Assembly (NCBI GenBank): GCA_963797055.1
Contig: CAWCOD010000011.1
Coordinates: 37,538-101,537 of the forward strand
Length of the DNA stretch: 64,000 bases
From: an uncultured Holophagae bacterium
GTDB taxonomy: Bacteria; Acidobacteriota; Thermoanaerobaculia; Thermoanaerobaculales; Sulfomarinibacteraceae
Reading direction: 5' to 3'
A program made the position numbers and the translations under genes. This document shows positions 50,201 through 60,423 of this stretch, piece by piece. How positions within the stretch are numbered: the stretch's first letter is position 1; each line of letters opens with the position of its first letter. The notes below the pieces were generated by a model, which was not told where the DNA came from, ran no database searches, and saw only the letters and a list, made by a program, of their open reading frames with translations.

Positions 50201-50784
50201 TGCTGATCACTGACCACCGTGGCCGAGAGGTGGAGAAGCTGGCGGCGCGCAGGCCACGCCATGCCACTGACCCGAACCCATCCCAGAGGATCGGTGCCGG
50301 GCACGGCCCGCCACTGAGCATCATCGGCCGGTATGCGGGCCTGTTCCGGGAAATCCTCGAGTTCGCCGATGGTCATCGGCCCATGGGCCCACCATGCAGT
50401 GATGCCTCCCATGGTCCGAAACAGCTCCCTCGCGGCCGACGGCCGACCGGCCTCCACCGCGAGCATCGACCGAATCCAGCGCACCTCGTCCGACATCAAC
50501 GGATCCATCGGCCGGGCGGCCGCCAACCGATCCACCGAGCGCTCCGCCAGGCCCCAGTCTTCGAGGGTGAAACGCCAGCTGAAGACGGTGAACAGATCAT
50601 GGAAATCGGTGGGATCGAGGCCCTGCACCACGGCCGTCTCGACGTGATCCTGCACCTGCTGGTCGATGGTGACCGACCCACCCCAGACGGCGCTCGTCAA
50701 CAAAATGCATACGGTCATCACTCCCGACAGCTTCCATCGGGTCCTGGCGCCGTTTCGGTCAACTCCCAACCATCCGCGCATCAC
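47209..50784 (-). CDS. TPR + DUF3857 + transglutaminase-like protein with intact Cys-His-Asp triad
   Basis: IRYVGLEFG, GDCKDKA, FNHAI, WLDGT. Start uncertain (50784 or 50718). Confidence 0.88.
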   Translation of the reverse strand: MMRGWLGVDRNGARTRWKLSGVMTVCILLTSAVWGGSVTIDQQVQDHVETAVVQGLDPTDFHDLFTVFSWRFTLEDWGLAERSVDRLAAARPMDPLMSDEVRWIRSMLAVEAGRPSAARELFRTMGGITAWWAHGPMTIGELEDFPEQARIPADDAQWRAVPGTDPLGWVRVSGMAWPARRQLLHLSATVVSDQQQPVAIRLGAAQVARVWLNGQEMLTTAQPLRHAEDQYVAGGWLAAGPNLIVVAVASESDDWWLRLRLTAPDGTRLEGVREVDRPPAPAMSVDRNRPQVRGLEDELRSAMARGREGATLSLAALLVARHPQPVGADDTRSVCRAARTEAPGEARLLEWMLPAEPGAKRELLEGAVSYDPDLHWARIELARWYQARGLYQEAADILAVAESVPAVHAAIIEQEAELWGQVILPKAAELSRSAPACVTAAATFGDLAIGLTRWDLAQEATDRLSGLVPGAMVTLEFEEQLSEDCGDSARILELLTERLRQDPNWVAVRVRLSRMLAVSGSRDEARRVLSDGLDRCPGQLELLMELARVEFDAGETERATELARQILELRPQDRRAQRLLSFLGEAAEDLQWLRRPDELWALADKAPEGSPAVRILDHTEVLFLPAQLTETRAQQVYLIRDAARADEYLTRTLAHVPERQRLRILEARILRRDGTQVNARQSDTPRLAEPEINLYYDARLRVFRFLDLSDGDLLELAWVLSETAESNDTGPYKGGLLQIGQPEAVGLAELELSGPEDLLPVWDLVHIDGVPVRSENPDGTVTLSWRWLNLQAVPEDSPPAPVLQFNPHLVYSNHPDWGDLAVWYERHTAPRIRASRQVEEKAARLTEGVDDRLDRIARIYRFVTTDIRYVGLEFGEHRFRPFSADWVLNHKIGDCKDKAGLLVALLEAVDIPALMVMVRTSDLGVAESDLALLENFNHAIVYLPEDDLWLDGTAAGHAAFPPPAMCQGAQVLVVDGIDSAPQITPTPGAGFARYQYRLGVAEAGLIPLKIRTEDTGEAADYRRATFAGSRDSRRVARWLQSQFPGAELVEESELRMIPGRDPAVMEIEGRVARAALLSAGGVSTFPGELDWAARLAPKGDRSGPLLVPARPVLEWTLEVELGRPPGSLPSSVDLDTQFGSLSLDYAASGNGYLVTGLFQLVPGTVTAADAPQFRQFLVDAERRLKRPLEIP

Positions 50785-50877
50785 GTCAGTATCTCAGATC
50801 CTTCCCCGGGCCCTGCCCCCGTAGAACGTTATACGTCGGTCAGGGCTTCCGGGTCACAGTGTGGAGGGCGGCGAACA

Positions 50878-51050
50878 GCCGCCCGCCCACCCATTGCGAA
50901 TTGCGAGATTGCAGATTGCAGATTGCAGATTCCCCCGCCCACCCGGACCTTGTGTTCGCGCGATGATCGGGGCGTGCCCTCTCCCGATCCGGGAGGGTGG
51001 GCGGGAACGTTCAACGTTTAACGTTCAACATTGAACTTTCAACTCTTGAC
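50878..51050. repeat. Composite repeat: core motifs with (TTGCAGA)n and inverted (AACGTTC)n tracts
   Basis: Shares parts with 61081-61260 and 43180-43275. Confidence 0.85.
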
Positions 51051-51133
51051 GTTCGACCTGGTGATCGGCCCACGGCTCTCCACCAACCGGTCTGGGGTAC
51101 GATGAGGATTGACCTTCAGAAAGGGGATCGTTG

Positions 51134-52207
51134 ATGCTGCACGCGGTGATCATGGCCGGAGGATCCGGAACCCGGTTCTGGCCGGCATCGAGACGCTCCA
51201 AACCCAAACAGTTTCTCTCCCTGGTGGGTGGTGTGCCCCTGATCCGGACCACAGTGGACCGGATCCTGCCGCTTGTACCGGCGGAGCGGATCTGGGTGGT
51301 GACCACCGAGGCCACCGCTGAAGCCACCCGGGAAGTGTTGCCCGAGCTCTCCCCCGACAATGTCCTCGTGGAACCTGTGGGCCGTGATACCGCGGCCTGC
51401 GCCGGTTTTGCCGCGGTCGTGGTGCGCCATTCGGATCCCGAAGGCGTCTGTCTCGTGCTGCCGGCGGATCATGTGATCCGTGAGACCTCCCGCTTCCGGC
51501 GCGCCCTCGCGGCCGGGGCGCAAATGGTGGAAGACAACGGAGGGCTGCTGACCTTCGGCGTCCGGCCCACAAGACCCGAAACCGGCTTCGGTTATCTCCA
51601 GGTCGGCCGGGAGCACGGCCCGGTCGGCGAGTGGTCGGTCCACGAGCTGGCCCGGTTCGTGGAGAAGCCCGATTTGGAGACGGCCCGTCGATACCTCGGC
51701 GAGGGCGGCTACTTCTGGAACTCGGGGATGTTCGTCTGGCCAGTGGCGGACCTGCTGGCCGAGATCCGACGTCAGCTGCCGAGGCTCGCCGACGGGCTGG
51801 AACAGATCGCGGACGCCCTCGGCGGTGATCGCGCCGATGAAACGGTCGGGGAGGTCTATCCGACGCTGCAGAAAATCTCGGTGGACTACGGCGTCATGGA
51901 GGGCGCCAAACGTTGCTGGACGATCCCGGTGGACTTCCCGTGGTCGGACGTGGGTGCGTGGCCCGCCCTGGGTGAGCTTCTGGATTGCGATGACAGCGGC
52001 AATGCTCTGCGCGGCCGCACCGTGGCCCTGGACTGCAATGACTGCATGCTGGTCGGCGAGGGACCAGTGGTGGCGGCCGCCGGCGTCAAGGACCTGATTG
52101 TGGTAGCGACGCCGGAGGCGGTGCTGGTGGTGCCGGCCGCCGAAGCCCAGCGGGTCAAGGACATCGTCGCCGAACTCGAAGTGCGCAACTGGGACGACGT
52201 CCTCTAG
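51134..52207 (+). CDS. manC: Mannose-1-phosphate guanylyltransferase
   Basis: IMAGGSGTRFWPASR..PKQFL, EPVGRDTA, PADH, FVEKP, WNSGMF, WSDVG. Confidence 0.95.
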   Translation: MLHAVIMAGGSGTRFWPASRRSKPKQFLSLVGGVPLIRTTVDRILPLVPAERIWVVTTEATAEATREVLPELSPDNVLVEPVGRDTAACAGFAAVVVRHSDPEGVCLVLPADHVIRETSRFRRALAAGAQMVEDNGGLLTFGVRPTRPETGFGYLQVGREHGPVGEWSVHELARFVEKPDLETARRYLGEGGYFWNSGMFVWPVADLLAEIRRQLPRLADGLEQIADALGGDRADETVGEVYPTLQKISVDYGVMEGAKRCWTIPVDFPWSDVGAWPALGELLDCDDSGNALRGRTVALDCNDCMLVGEGPVVAAAGVKDLIVVATPEAVLVVPAAEAQRVKDIVAELEVRNWDDVL

Positions 52208-52271
52208 AAGATGGCGAGCGCGGCATCCGGGACCTGTAGAGGCTGACCGTCGATTGTCGCGAGCGGCTGAG

Positions 52272-52486
52272 GCTGGATGCTGGATACTGGATGCTCGATG
52301 CTGGATGCTCGATGCTCCACCCGAGTGGTGACGGCGCCAGGAGTTGATTCCCCGGACCCGCGGCTTACAGCTCTGGCGTGACACTGAAACCACAATTCGG
52401 CCGTTCCGTCTCGGATCTTGCATCTTGAATCTTGAATCTTGGATCTTGAATCTTGGATCTTGGATCTGGGCGGGCGGGCGGGCGGA
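52272..52486. repeat. 7-mer tracts (CTGGATG)x6 and (TCTTGRA)x7 plus (GGGC)n
   Basis: Directly visible tandem units at 52272-52317 and 52416-52467. Confidence 0.85.
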
Positions 52487-53863
<1,377 letters not shown>

Positions 53864-53892
53864 TGTGCGGTCTCATTTTAGCAGGAAGGGGG

Positions 53893-54192
53893 CCCCCTCC
53901 CACCCACCCAATTCGAAATTCGAAATTTCCGCCGCCCACCCGGCCAGAGGCTATGGGGCTATGAAATCCCCCGCCCACACCGTTACACGTTGCAAGTTGA
54001 AGGTTGAAAGTTCCCCCTTCCACCCGGAAGGAGCGGGCGCGTTGATCGGGCGTGCCGGGTATGACGTTGTGCGGTCGATGTTGACGAGAGATCCACAGCC
54101 ATAGGGGCCGCACAACGTCATACCGGGCAACCTCGGGGAGCGCATCGGGGAGATGGGCGCGCTGAAATCAGCCTATCAAATCGAACACGCAG
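53893..54192. repeat. Composite repeat: array of core motifs with different tandem tracts, then the co-varying hairpin and GCGCTCCCC module
   Basis: Four C-rich cores separated by (TTCGAAA), (GGCTATG) and (GTTGAAR) tracts. 17-bp perfect stem 54058-54124. Confidence 0.88.
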
Positions 54193-54193
54193 G

Positions 54194-55360
54194 TCAATCC
54201 TGGCGGCCGATGGCAGAGACGATCCAAGCCGAAAGCGACTCGAGCTTGAGCATCCCCCGCTGGGCGGCCTCCACCTCGCCGCAGCAAACCAGTGCATCCT
54301 CAAGCTCGTTGTCCGAGTACAGCGAGGCGCCCCGGAAGAGCTGACCGAGGGTCCATGGGGTGGGCAGCTTGCCCTTCTTTGCCAGCGGCGTCGGGCCATC
54401 CTCTTCGAGACGCTCGATGATCACCGGCGCGATACTGGAGGAGAACACACTTTGGTACCAGCGATCACGGCCGGTGCGGTCGGGATCAAGCTGGTCGACG
54501 AGGTCTGCGGCCACGGCCGTCCGCCGCAGATCGAGCATTTGCACCAGGAGATTGGAAACCTGGCCGCACAGGATGGCACCGATCCGGTCGGCCGCGACCG
54601 CCCGCCCCTGCCAGTCACGCACCGCCGACCCCGCCGCCGCAGCGCCGATCAGATCCAGCAGTGGTTTTGGCTCCCGTTGCAGCACGGCGTCCCGAACCAC
54701 CTCGAGGGATCGTTCGCGGGGAAAGACCAACCGCCGCACCAGTTCCTCATCCACCCCGGACGCTCCCGCCGCAGCGCCGAGGGTGCGTGCCTCGGCCACC
54801 AAACGCCGTGGGTCGAATCCGAGGCGATCGAGCAGCAGCGCTTCGGCGGCAGGCTCGAATCGAGTGTCGCCGGCCACCTTGCGGAGCAGCCCGGCCAGCA
54901 CCCGCCGCTGGTCGCCCGACAGCACCACGTCTTCCCAGGGCTTGGGACGTTCGGGCAGCGGGACCCATCGATAGCCGCCGGCGTCTTTCACGGCCTTCAC
55001 CAGCGGCCCCTTGGGTTGGCGACCGCACCAGGCACCCATCACCAGTCCAGTACCCTCGGGCAATCCCTCGGTGATCACCTCGATCAGCACCTCCGGGTCA
55101 GTTGGTTTGGGATCGTTGAGTGCACCCGCAGGGGCCGCAGCGCCCAACCATCCCCGTATTTCAGAAACCACCAGAACCCGGGTTGGCGCGAACAGGGACG
55201 GTGACCGGAGCTCCAACGCCAGGTCCTCGGGCGACGCGTCGTCGGACAGCCGTTCGACCTCAGCCCCACCAAGGGCGTCACAGGCCGCGGCAATGGCGTC
55301 GTTGAGGCTTTCCTCGACGAGGTAGTCGTTGCTGGACGCGATCAAGGCGAGCCGAGACAT
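54194..55360 (-). CDS. Divergent DNA polymerase III delta subunit (HolA)-like protein
   Basis: NDYLVEE, LRSPSLFAPTRVLVV, FEPAAEALLLDRLG, GVDEELVRRLV. Confidence 0.65.
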   Translation of the reverse strand: MSRLALIASSNDYLVEESLNDAIAAACDALGGAEVERLSDDASPEDLALELRSPSLFAPTRVLVVSEIRGWLGAAAPAGALNDPKPTDPEVLIEVITEGLPEGTGLVMGAWCGRQPKGPLVKAVKDAGGYRWVPLPERPKPWEDVVLSGDQRRVLAGLLRKVAGDTRFEPAAEALLLDRLGFDPRRLVAEARTLGAAAGASGVDEELVRRLVFPRERSLEVVRDAVLQREPKPLLDLIGAAAAGSAVRDWQGRAVAADRIGAILCGQVSNLLVQMLDLRRTAVAADLVDQLDPDRTGRDRWYQSVFSSSIAPVIIERLEEDGPTPLAKKGKLPTPWTLGQLFRGASLYSDNELEDALVCCGEVEAAQRGMLKLESLSAWIVSAIGRQD

Positions 55361-55430
55361 GTTCAGACCTGGACTACTGCGACGTCGGCGTGACAGGCGG
55401 TCGCCGAGGATCGCTCGTCAGCTGTCCGGC

Positions 55431-55784
55431 TTATAGCTCACCTCGATCCTGCAGCTCCTGGCAGTCGATGCAGTGCCGGGCCCAGGGCACCGCCTCGAGC
55501 CGCGCCATCTGCATCTTCTTGTCGCAGTTGACGCAGGTGCCGTAGGTTCCCTTTTCGATCCGATCGATGGCGGCGTCAATCCGGCGGAGAATCTCTCGCT
55601 CGCCGGCGGTCAGTTGGTAGGACAGATCAAGCGACATACTGGTCAGGGCGCGATCTCCCAGATCTGGGGCATCAGCGGCGTTGGCTTCCTTCACGCTGGT
55701 TCGAGCCTCGCGCACCCTGCCGAGGAGTTCGTCACTCTTTGCCGCCAGCCGCTTCAAGAACCGGTTCATTTCTCTGCGTCTCAT
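55431..55784 (-). CDS. TraR/DksA C4 zinc-finger protein
   Basis: DLGDRA (DxxDxA), GTYGTCVNC, RLEAVPWARHCIDC. GGAGG RBS before ATG 55784. Confidence 0.92.
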   Translation of the reverse strand: MRRREMNRFLKRLAAKSDELLGRVREARTSVKEANAADAPDLGDRALTSMSLDLSYQLTAGEREILRRIDAAIDRIEKGTYGTCVNCDKKMQMARLEAVPWARHCIDCQELQDRGEL

Positions 55785-55836
55785 CGGTCGCATCCTCCAG
55801 GCGACACCGAACATCGCGGTCGTCGCGAACCAACCA

Positions 55837-56319
55837 TTATTGTACGCGGAGTCGGTGGTATCCACCACCACCGAGAATCGAAACCGCCCGAAACAGCTGT
55901 TCCCACAGCATCAACCGAGCCAGCTGATGGGGCCACGTCATGGCGCCCAGCGAGACCCTCCGAAGAGCTTCCATCCTCAACCCGTCATCGAGTCCGAGAT
56001 CGCTGCCGACGACAAAGGCGACCCCTGGCACTCCACGATCCTCGAGTTCCCCGAGCCAGCCCGACAATCCTTCGCTCGACATCCGGTCACCGGCCTCATC
56101 CATGACCGCCAGCGACCACCCGTCGGGCACCTGTCGCCGAGCGAGTTCCGCTTCGGCGAGCAGCGCCCGTCTGGGATCGGTGTCCCGGCCCCCGGCCGCC
56201 GGTCGCAGCGCCCGGTCGGAAGCGGACCAGCGCCTGTCAACTCGCGCCCTGTAGGTCTCCACCTGTTTGGAGAAAGGGGTGGCGGACGGACGACCGAACC
56301 AGAGGACCCGGACCTTCAA
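55837..56319 (-). CDS. rlmH: 23S rRNA pseudouridine-1915 N3-methyltransferase
   Basis: FVVGSDLG, SLGAMTWPHQLARLMLWEQLFRA..GYH. TTG start overlaps the rsfS stop. Confidence 0.93.
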   Translation of the reverse strand: MKVRVLWFGRPSATPFSKQVETYRARVDRRWSASDRALRPAAGGRDTDPRRALLAEAELARRQVPDGWSLAVMDEAGDRMSSEGLSGWLGELEDRGVPGVAFVVGSDLGLDDGLRMEALRRVSLGAMTWPHQLARLMLWEQLFRAVSILGGGGYHRLRVQ

Positions 56320-56705
56320 GACCGTTCCGCAAAGCCGACCTCGTCGAGCCCGAGCTCGGCCGGAGCCACGTTGGGTGCATCGCCCCACAGGCCCTCGAGG
56401 GCATAGTAGGCACGTTTTTCCTCGGTGAAAATGTGCACGATGAGATCGCCGTAGTCCACCAGTACCCAGCCGCCCCGGCCGTCGCCTTCCACGTGCATCG
56501 GCCGCCGTCCGGCAGCCTTGAGGCGCCCCACGACACCATCCACCACGGCTGCCACCTGGCGGTCGCTGGCCGCGGAGCAGAGCAGCAGAGCATCCGCATA
56601 TGAGGTCATTTCTGTGACCTCGAGACCCACCAGCTGGAAGGCCTTCTTGTCGAGGGCCGCCTGGGCGGCGACTCGCATCACTTCGAGGTTCTCAGCGGTC
56701 AGCAT
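56316..56705 (-). CDS. rsfS: Ribosome silencing factor
   Basis: DKKA, EG..WVLVDYGDLIVHIF..RAYYALEGLW. Confidence 0.96.
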   Translation of the reverse strand: MLTAENLEVMRVAAQAALDKKAFQLVGLEVTEMTSYADALLLCSAASDRQVAAVVDGVVGRLKAAGRRPMHVEGDGRGGWVLVDYGDLIVHIFTEEKRAYYALEGLWGDAPNVAPAELGLDEVGFAERS

Positions 56706-57372
56706 CGTGACGCTCCTCGGACTCCCGCTGGTACAGGCCGTATCTTCGGATATAGGAGTAGACCTCGTGGGGCACCAGTTCCCGGATCGGCAGCCCGCTC
56801 TTCTGCCGGTTGCGGATCAGGGTCCCCGAAATCGGGAATGGCTCGTGGTCCAAAAGGTAAATAGTGTGGCCGTCGGGATCCGGTAGTTTTTCGAAGGGTT
56901 CCACCGTCCTCATGCGCTCAACGAGCTCGGGAGGCACCTTTGTTTCCAACTCGTCACCCCACATGTGAGCACGATGCAGGACCACCAGATGAACCAGGTC
57001 GGCGAGTTCTCGCCACCTCTCCCAGCTCGCAATCTGCGAGAAGGAATCGGATCCCAGCAGAAAGTACAGCACCGAGTCGGGAAAACGCTCCCGATAGATT
57101 TGGACCGTCTCCACCGTGTAGGTGAAGCCGGTGGCAAAGACCTCGTCGTCGGCGGCGAAAAACCGCTCATAGGGCAGGGTCGCCATGGCCACCATGGCCA
57201 ACCGGTGGGTCACCGGGGTCAGTTCGTCACCCTTCCGGTGGGGCGGGTTGCCCGACGGGACGAAGTACACCGCGTCGAAATGAAAGGTCTCCTGCGCCCG
57301 CACCGTGGGCACGAGGTGCCCAAGGTGGAACGGATCGAAGGCGCCTCCGTAGACCGCGATTCGACTGCTCAT
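56692..57372 (-). CDS. nadD: Nicotinate-nucleotide adenylyltransferase
   Basis: GGAFDPFHLGH, PPHR, YTVET, LLGSDS, ISGTLIR. Confidence 0.96.
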   Translation of the reverse strand: MSSRIAVYGGAFDPFHLGHLVPTVRAQETFHFDAVYFVPSGNPPHRKGDELTPVTHRLAMVAMATLPYERFFAADDEVFATGFTYTVETVQIYRERFPDSVLYFLLGSDSFSQIASWERWRELADLVHLVVLHRAHMWGDELETKVPPELVERMRTVEPFEKLPDPDGHTIYLLDHEPFPISGTLIRNRQKSGLPIRELVPHEVYSYIRRYGLYQRESEERHDADR

Positions 57373-58376
57373 GGACTCTCCCGTTCTTCGATCAACTCAA
57401 ACAGCATACCAATCAGTCGATCCACGCCCTCACCGGTCACCGCCGAAATGGCGCAGTGATCCACCCCGTGGTGTGCCGCCAACTCGGACAGCTCGGCCAT
57501 GGCTTGGTCGCGATCGCCCACCGCGTCCAACTTGGTGCCCACGAGCAGCCACGGTCGAGCGTGGAGGGTCTCGGAGTAGGCCTCGATCTCATTGCGAATG
57601 GTGACCACCCTGTCCGCCATGGATGACTCTTCGGCCAGATCCACGAGGTGGGCCAAGGCGCGACAGCGCTCCACGTGGCGCAGAAACTGGATACCGAGCC
57701 CGGCACCTTCGTGTGCGCCTTCGATGAGCCCCGGAATGTCAGCCGCAACCAACGATCGCCATTCCTCCGATGGCTGTACAACCCCGAGATAGGGCTCGAG
57801 GGTGGTGAACGGGTAATCGGCGATCTTCGGCCGGGCCGCCGAGATCCGTGACAACAGGGTGGACTTGCCGGCGTTGGGTCGTCCCACCAGCCCAAGATCC
57901 GCCATCAGTTTGAGCTCCAGCTCGAGCTCGACTTCCTCACCGACGCCCCCGGGATCCGCCTTCCGTGGCGCGCGGTTGGTCGAGGTCTTGAAGCGAGCGT
58001 TCCCCCGTCCCCCGTCCCCCCCTCTGGCGACGATCAGCCGTTGGCCGTCGTCGACGAGATCTCCCATGATCTCGTTCCGCGAAAGTTCGCGGACAACCGT
58101 TCCCGGCGGCACCGGCAGCACCATGTCAGATCCACCAGCCCCGGTCTTGTTCGATCCCTGGCCGTGACGGCCGTTCTCGGCCCTCACGATGCGGCGGTGA
58201 TGGATGTGGAGCAGGGTGTTGTAGCCCCCATCCACCTCCAGGATCACGTGGCCCCCTCGGCCACCGTCGCCACCATCCGGACCGCCGCGCGGTACAAACT
58301 TTTCTCGACGAAAGGACACGCACCCGTTGCCACCGTTACCTGCACGCACGGTCAGCCGAGCGGAGTCAATGAACAT
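57369..58376 (-). CDS. obgE: GTPase ObgE
   Basis: AGNGGNGCVSFRREKFVPRGGPDGGDGG, PNAGKST, YPFTT, DIPG. Confidence 0.98.
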   Translation of the reverse strand: MFIDSARLTVRAGNGGNGCVSFRREKFVPRGGPDGGDGGRGGHVILEVDGGYNTLLHIHHRRIVRAENGRHGQGSNKTGAGGSDMVLPVPPGTVVRELSRNEIMGDLVDDGQRLIVARGGDGGRGNARFKTSTNRAPRKADPGGVGEEVELELELKLMADLGLVGRPNAGKSTLLSRISAARPKIADYPFTTLEPYLGVVQPSEEWRSLVAADIPGLIEGAHEGAGLGIQFLRHVERCRALAHLVDLAEESSMADRVVTIRNEIEAYSETLHARPWLLVGTKLDAVGDRDQAMAELSELAAHHGVDHCAISAVTGEGVDRLIGMLFELIEERESP

Positions 58377-58409
58377 GGGTCGGCCGAATGGGGGTCAACT
58401 TTGCGTAAC

Positions 58410-58440
58410 GCGAAACGCGGCCCCGAATGTGGGCCGCGTG
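58410..58440 (-). terminator. Hairpin/terminator after rpmA
   Basis: ACGCGGCCC-7 nt-GGGCCGCGT followed by a short T run on the minus strand. Confidence 0.6.
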
Positions 58441-58481
58441 ATGGGATTTCGGTCTGTCCGAAGGCGTCATGCCGGCTGGAC

Positions 58482-58736
58482 TCAGTTGACAATCACACTG
58501 ATGAACCGACCGATTCTGCCTCGGTTCTGGAACTTGACCTGACCCTCAGAGGTGGCAAAAAGAGTGTCGTCCCTGCCGCGCTTGACGTTGCCGCCGGCCT
58601 TGAAGCGAGTGCCCCGCTGGCGAACGAGAATGGTCCCGGCCGTCACCTGCTGGCCGTCACCGACCTTGGTTCCGAGACGTTGCGCGTTCGAGTCGCGCCC
58701 GTTACGACTGGAGCCCTGTCCTTTCTTGTGAGCCAT
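58482..58736 (-). CDS. rpmA: 50S ribosomal protein L27
   Basis: [24 protein letters not shown]. Confidence 0.99.
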   Translation of the reverse strand: MAHKKGQGSSRNGRDSNAQRLGTKVGDGQQVTAGTILVRQRGTRFKAGGNVKRGRDDTLFATSEGQVKFQNRGRIGRFISVIVN

Positions 58737-58744
58737 ACGTCCTC

Positions 58745-59068
58745 CTAGGCCTCGATGGCCTCGACCCGCACCCGGTAATAATCCTGCCGGTGCCCCTGGG
58801 TCCGTTTGTAGCCCTTGCGGCGCTTCTTCTTGAAAACGATGATCTTGTCACCGCGCACCGGAGCGACCACCTGGCCGCGCACCGTCACACCGTCCACCAC
58901 CGGATCACCGATGCGCACGGCGTCGCCGGTGGATACCAGCATCACCCGATCAAAGAGCAACGCGTCTCCGGACTTGAGGCCCGAAGTGGTCCGCTCTACC
59001 AGAAGCTCGTCGCCGGGACTGACCCGGTACTGCTTCCCGCCATGTTCCACAACTGCGTAGTCGCTCAT
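58745..59068 (-). CDS. rplU: 50S ribosomal protein L21
   Basis: [39 protein letters not shown]. Confidence 0.98.
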   Translation of the reverse strand: MSDYAVVEHGGKQYRVSPGDELLVERTTSGLKSGDALLFDRVMLVSTGDAVRIGDPVVDGVTVRGQVVAPVRGDKIIVFKKKRRKGYKRTQGHRQDYYRVRVEAIEA

Positions 59069-59135
59069 TGCACACCTCTCCCTCGTACGAGGGACCGGTG
59101 TTGTACCAGATTGGCGGTGTTGTGTCAATTTTTCC

Positions 59136-59460
59136 CCCTCCCTCCCGGTGAGCTGTAAGCAGTTGGCAGTAGGCTGTTGACCCTCCCGTCCTCCCCGCGG
59201 GCGTGTTGTTCGGAGGTGCCTGGCATCCCGATTCGCCGAAGTCGTCAAACGAATTCGTCTCGTTGAGTCGAATTGGTGTGCCTGGCAGCCTCACGGGAAG
59301 CGAGATGAAGATTGGGACGCGACGAAGGCTCCCCGCGCGTTTGCTTCGATTCGCTGATCCCTGCGCGCCACTCTCCCTCTCCGGGCAGGAGCGACTGTCA
59401 ACTGTCGACTCTCTCCATGAATGCCAGGTCGGCAGTTCCTCAAGTCCTCACAATCCCGGG
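59136..59460. repeat. Degenerate composite repeat
   Basis: 7-mer tracts, GGTGCCTGGCA variants and the GCGTTTGCTTCGATTCG module. 59210-59228 is an exact inverted match to 61442-61460. Confidence 0.7.
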
Positions 59461-59929
59461 CTGTCGGGGGGCGGGGCGAATCCCGACGACGTGGGCGCTG
59501 GCCGGGAGGCCCATCCTGCTCGCGGCTGCGACGGAACTGACGCCGGATCTCCTGGATCTCCTGCCACTGTTGGTCGGTGAGCACCCCCCGAACGGCGAGC
59601 AACATCTCGAAGCGTTCCGACTCCAGTGCCCGTCGTGCGTCCTGCAGACCGGCAAAGGCGGCTCGCGCGGCGGCAGATTCGAAGTCCGAGTTCGCCACGA
59701 GGTTGGCCAGTTCGAGCTCCGCTTTCTTCACGCCGGCGTTGAGGTCGATCATCCGGCGGGCGTGTTCGTAGACCTCTGTCCGGATCTCCTCCCGCTGGGC
59801 GTCGGTCAGCTCGAGCCGCTCCGCCAGCCGTTCGTTGTCCCACCACTTGCCCGGGGGAAGGTTGAAGTCCTGCGCCCCCACCGTCACGGCCAGGACCAGG
59901 ATGAAGAGGGTCAATACGGTGTTTTTCAT
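59291..59929 (-). CDS. Spy/CpxP-like periplasmic protein (C-terminus uncertain, reads into a repeat)
   Basis: Signal peptide, PPGKWW, LELTDAQR, VLTDQQW (LTxxQ). Confidence 0.82.
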   Translation of the reverse strand: MKNTVLTLFILVLAVTVGAQDFNLPPGKWWDNERLAERLELTDAQREEIRTEVYEHARRMIDLNAGVKKAELELANLVANSDFESAAARAAFAGLQDARRALESERFEMLLAVRGVLTDQQWQEIQEIRRQFRRSREQDGPPGQRPRRRDSPRPPTARDCEDLRNCRPGIHGESRQLTVAPARRGRVARRDQRIEANARGAFVASQSSSRFP

Positions 59930-59949
59930 GGTTGCCTCCCGCGCGGCCT

Positions 59950-60423
59950 TCATGAGACGTCGCCTGCAAGATAGCTCTCGAGCTCTTCCATGCCCGGGTC
60001 GATCACCTCGAAACCCGGGATGGAGTCGTCGGCCAACAACTCGTCCACCTCGGCCAGGATTTCCTCCACGGAGATGTCGGCCCCGTTGGAGGCGATCTCG
60101 GTGTGCTCGGGGCGCAGCAGCCCGACCACCGCGACCACGATCAACGCCGCGGCCGCCGCCAGCAGCGGCCGGAGCCAGGACTTCGGCTGCTTGTGCTGGA
60201 CCGCCTGTCGCTCCGGCAGCCGATGGAGGACCGCCGCCCGCTGGGCTTCCCAATCCGGCTCGCCGACGGCCATCGAGTGGCGTCTGAGCCGAATCAACTT
60301 CTCCATGGTCGCCACCTTGTGGCGGCAGTCCAGGCATGAATCGAGATGCCCACGCATATCAGGGGCGAGCTCGGCGCCGGCCACCGCGCCCGCGATCTGT
60401 TCATCGTCCAGGTGCCTATTCAT
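59950..60423 (-). CDS. Membrane anti-sigma factor with zinc-finger (HxxxCxxC)
   Basis: HLDDEQ..HLDSCLDC plus a single TM. Coupled to the sigma gene. Confidence 0.85.
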   Translation of the reverse strand: MNRHLDDEQIAGAVAGAELAPDMRGHLDSCLDCRHKVATMEKLIRLRRHSMAVGEPDWEAQRAAVLHRLPERQAVQHKQPKSWLRPLLAAAAALIVVAVVGLLRPEHTEIASNGADISVEEILAEVDELLADDSIPGFEVIDPGMEELESYLAGDVS

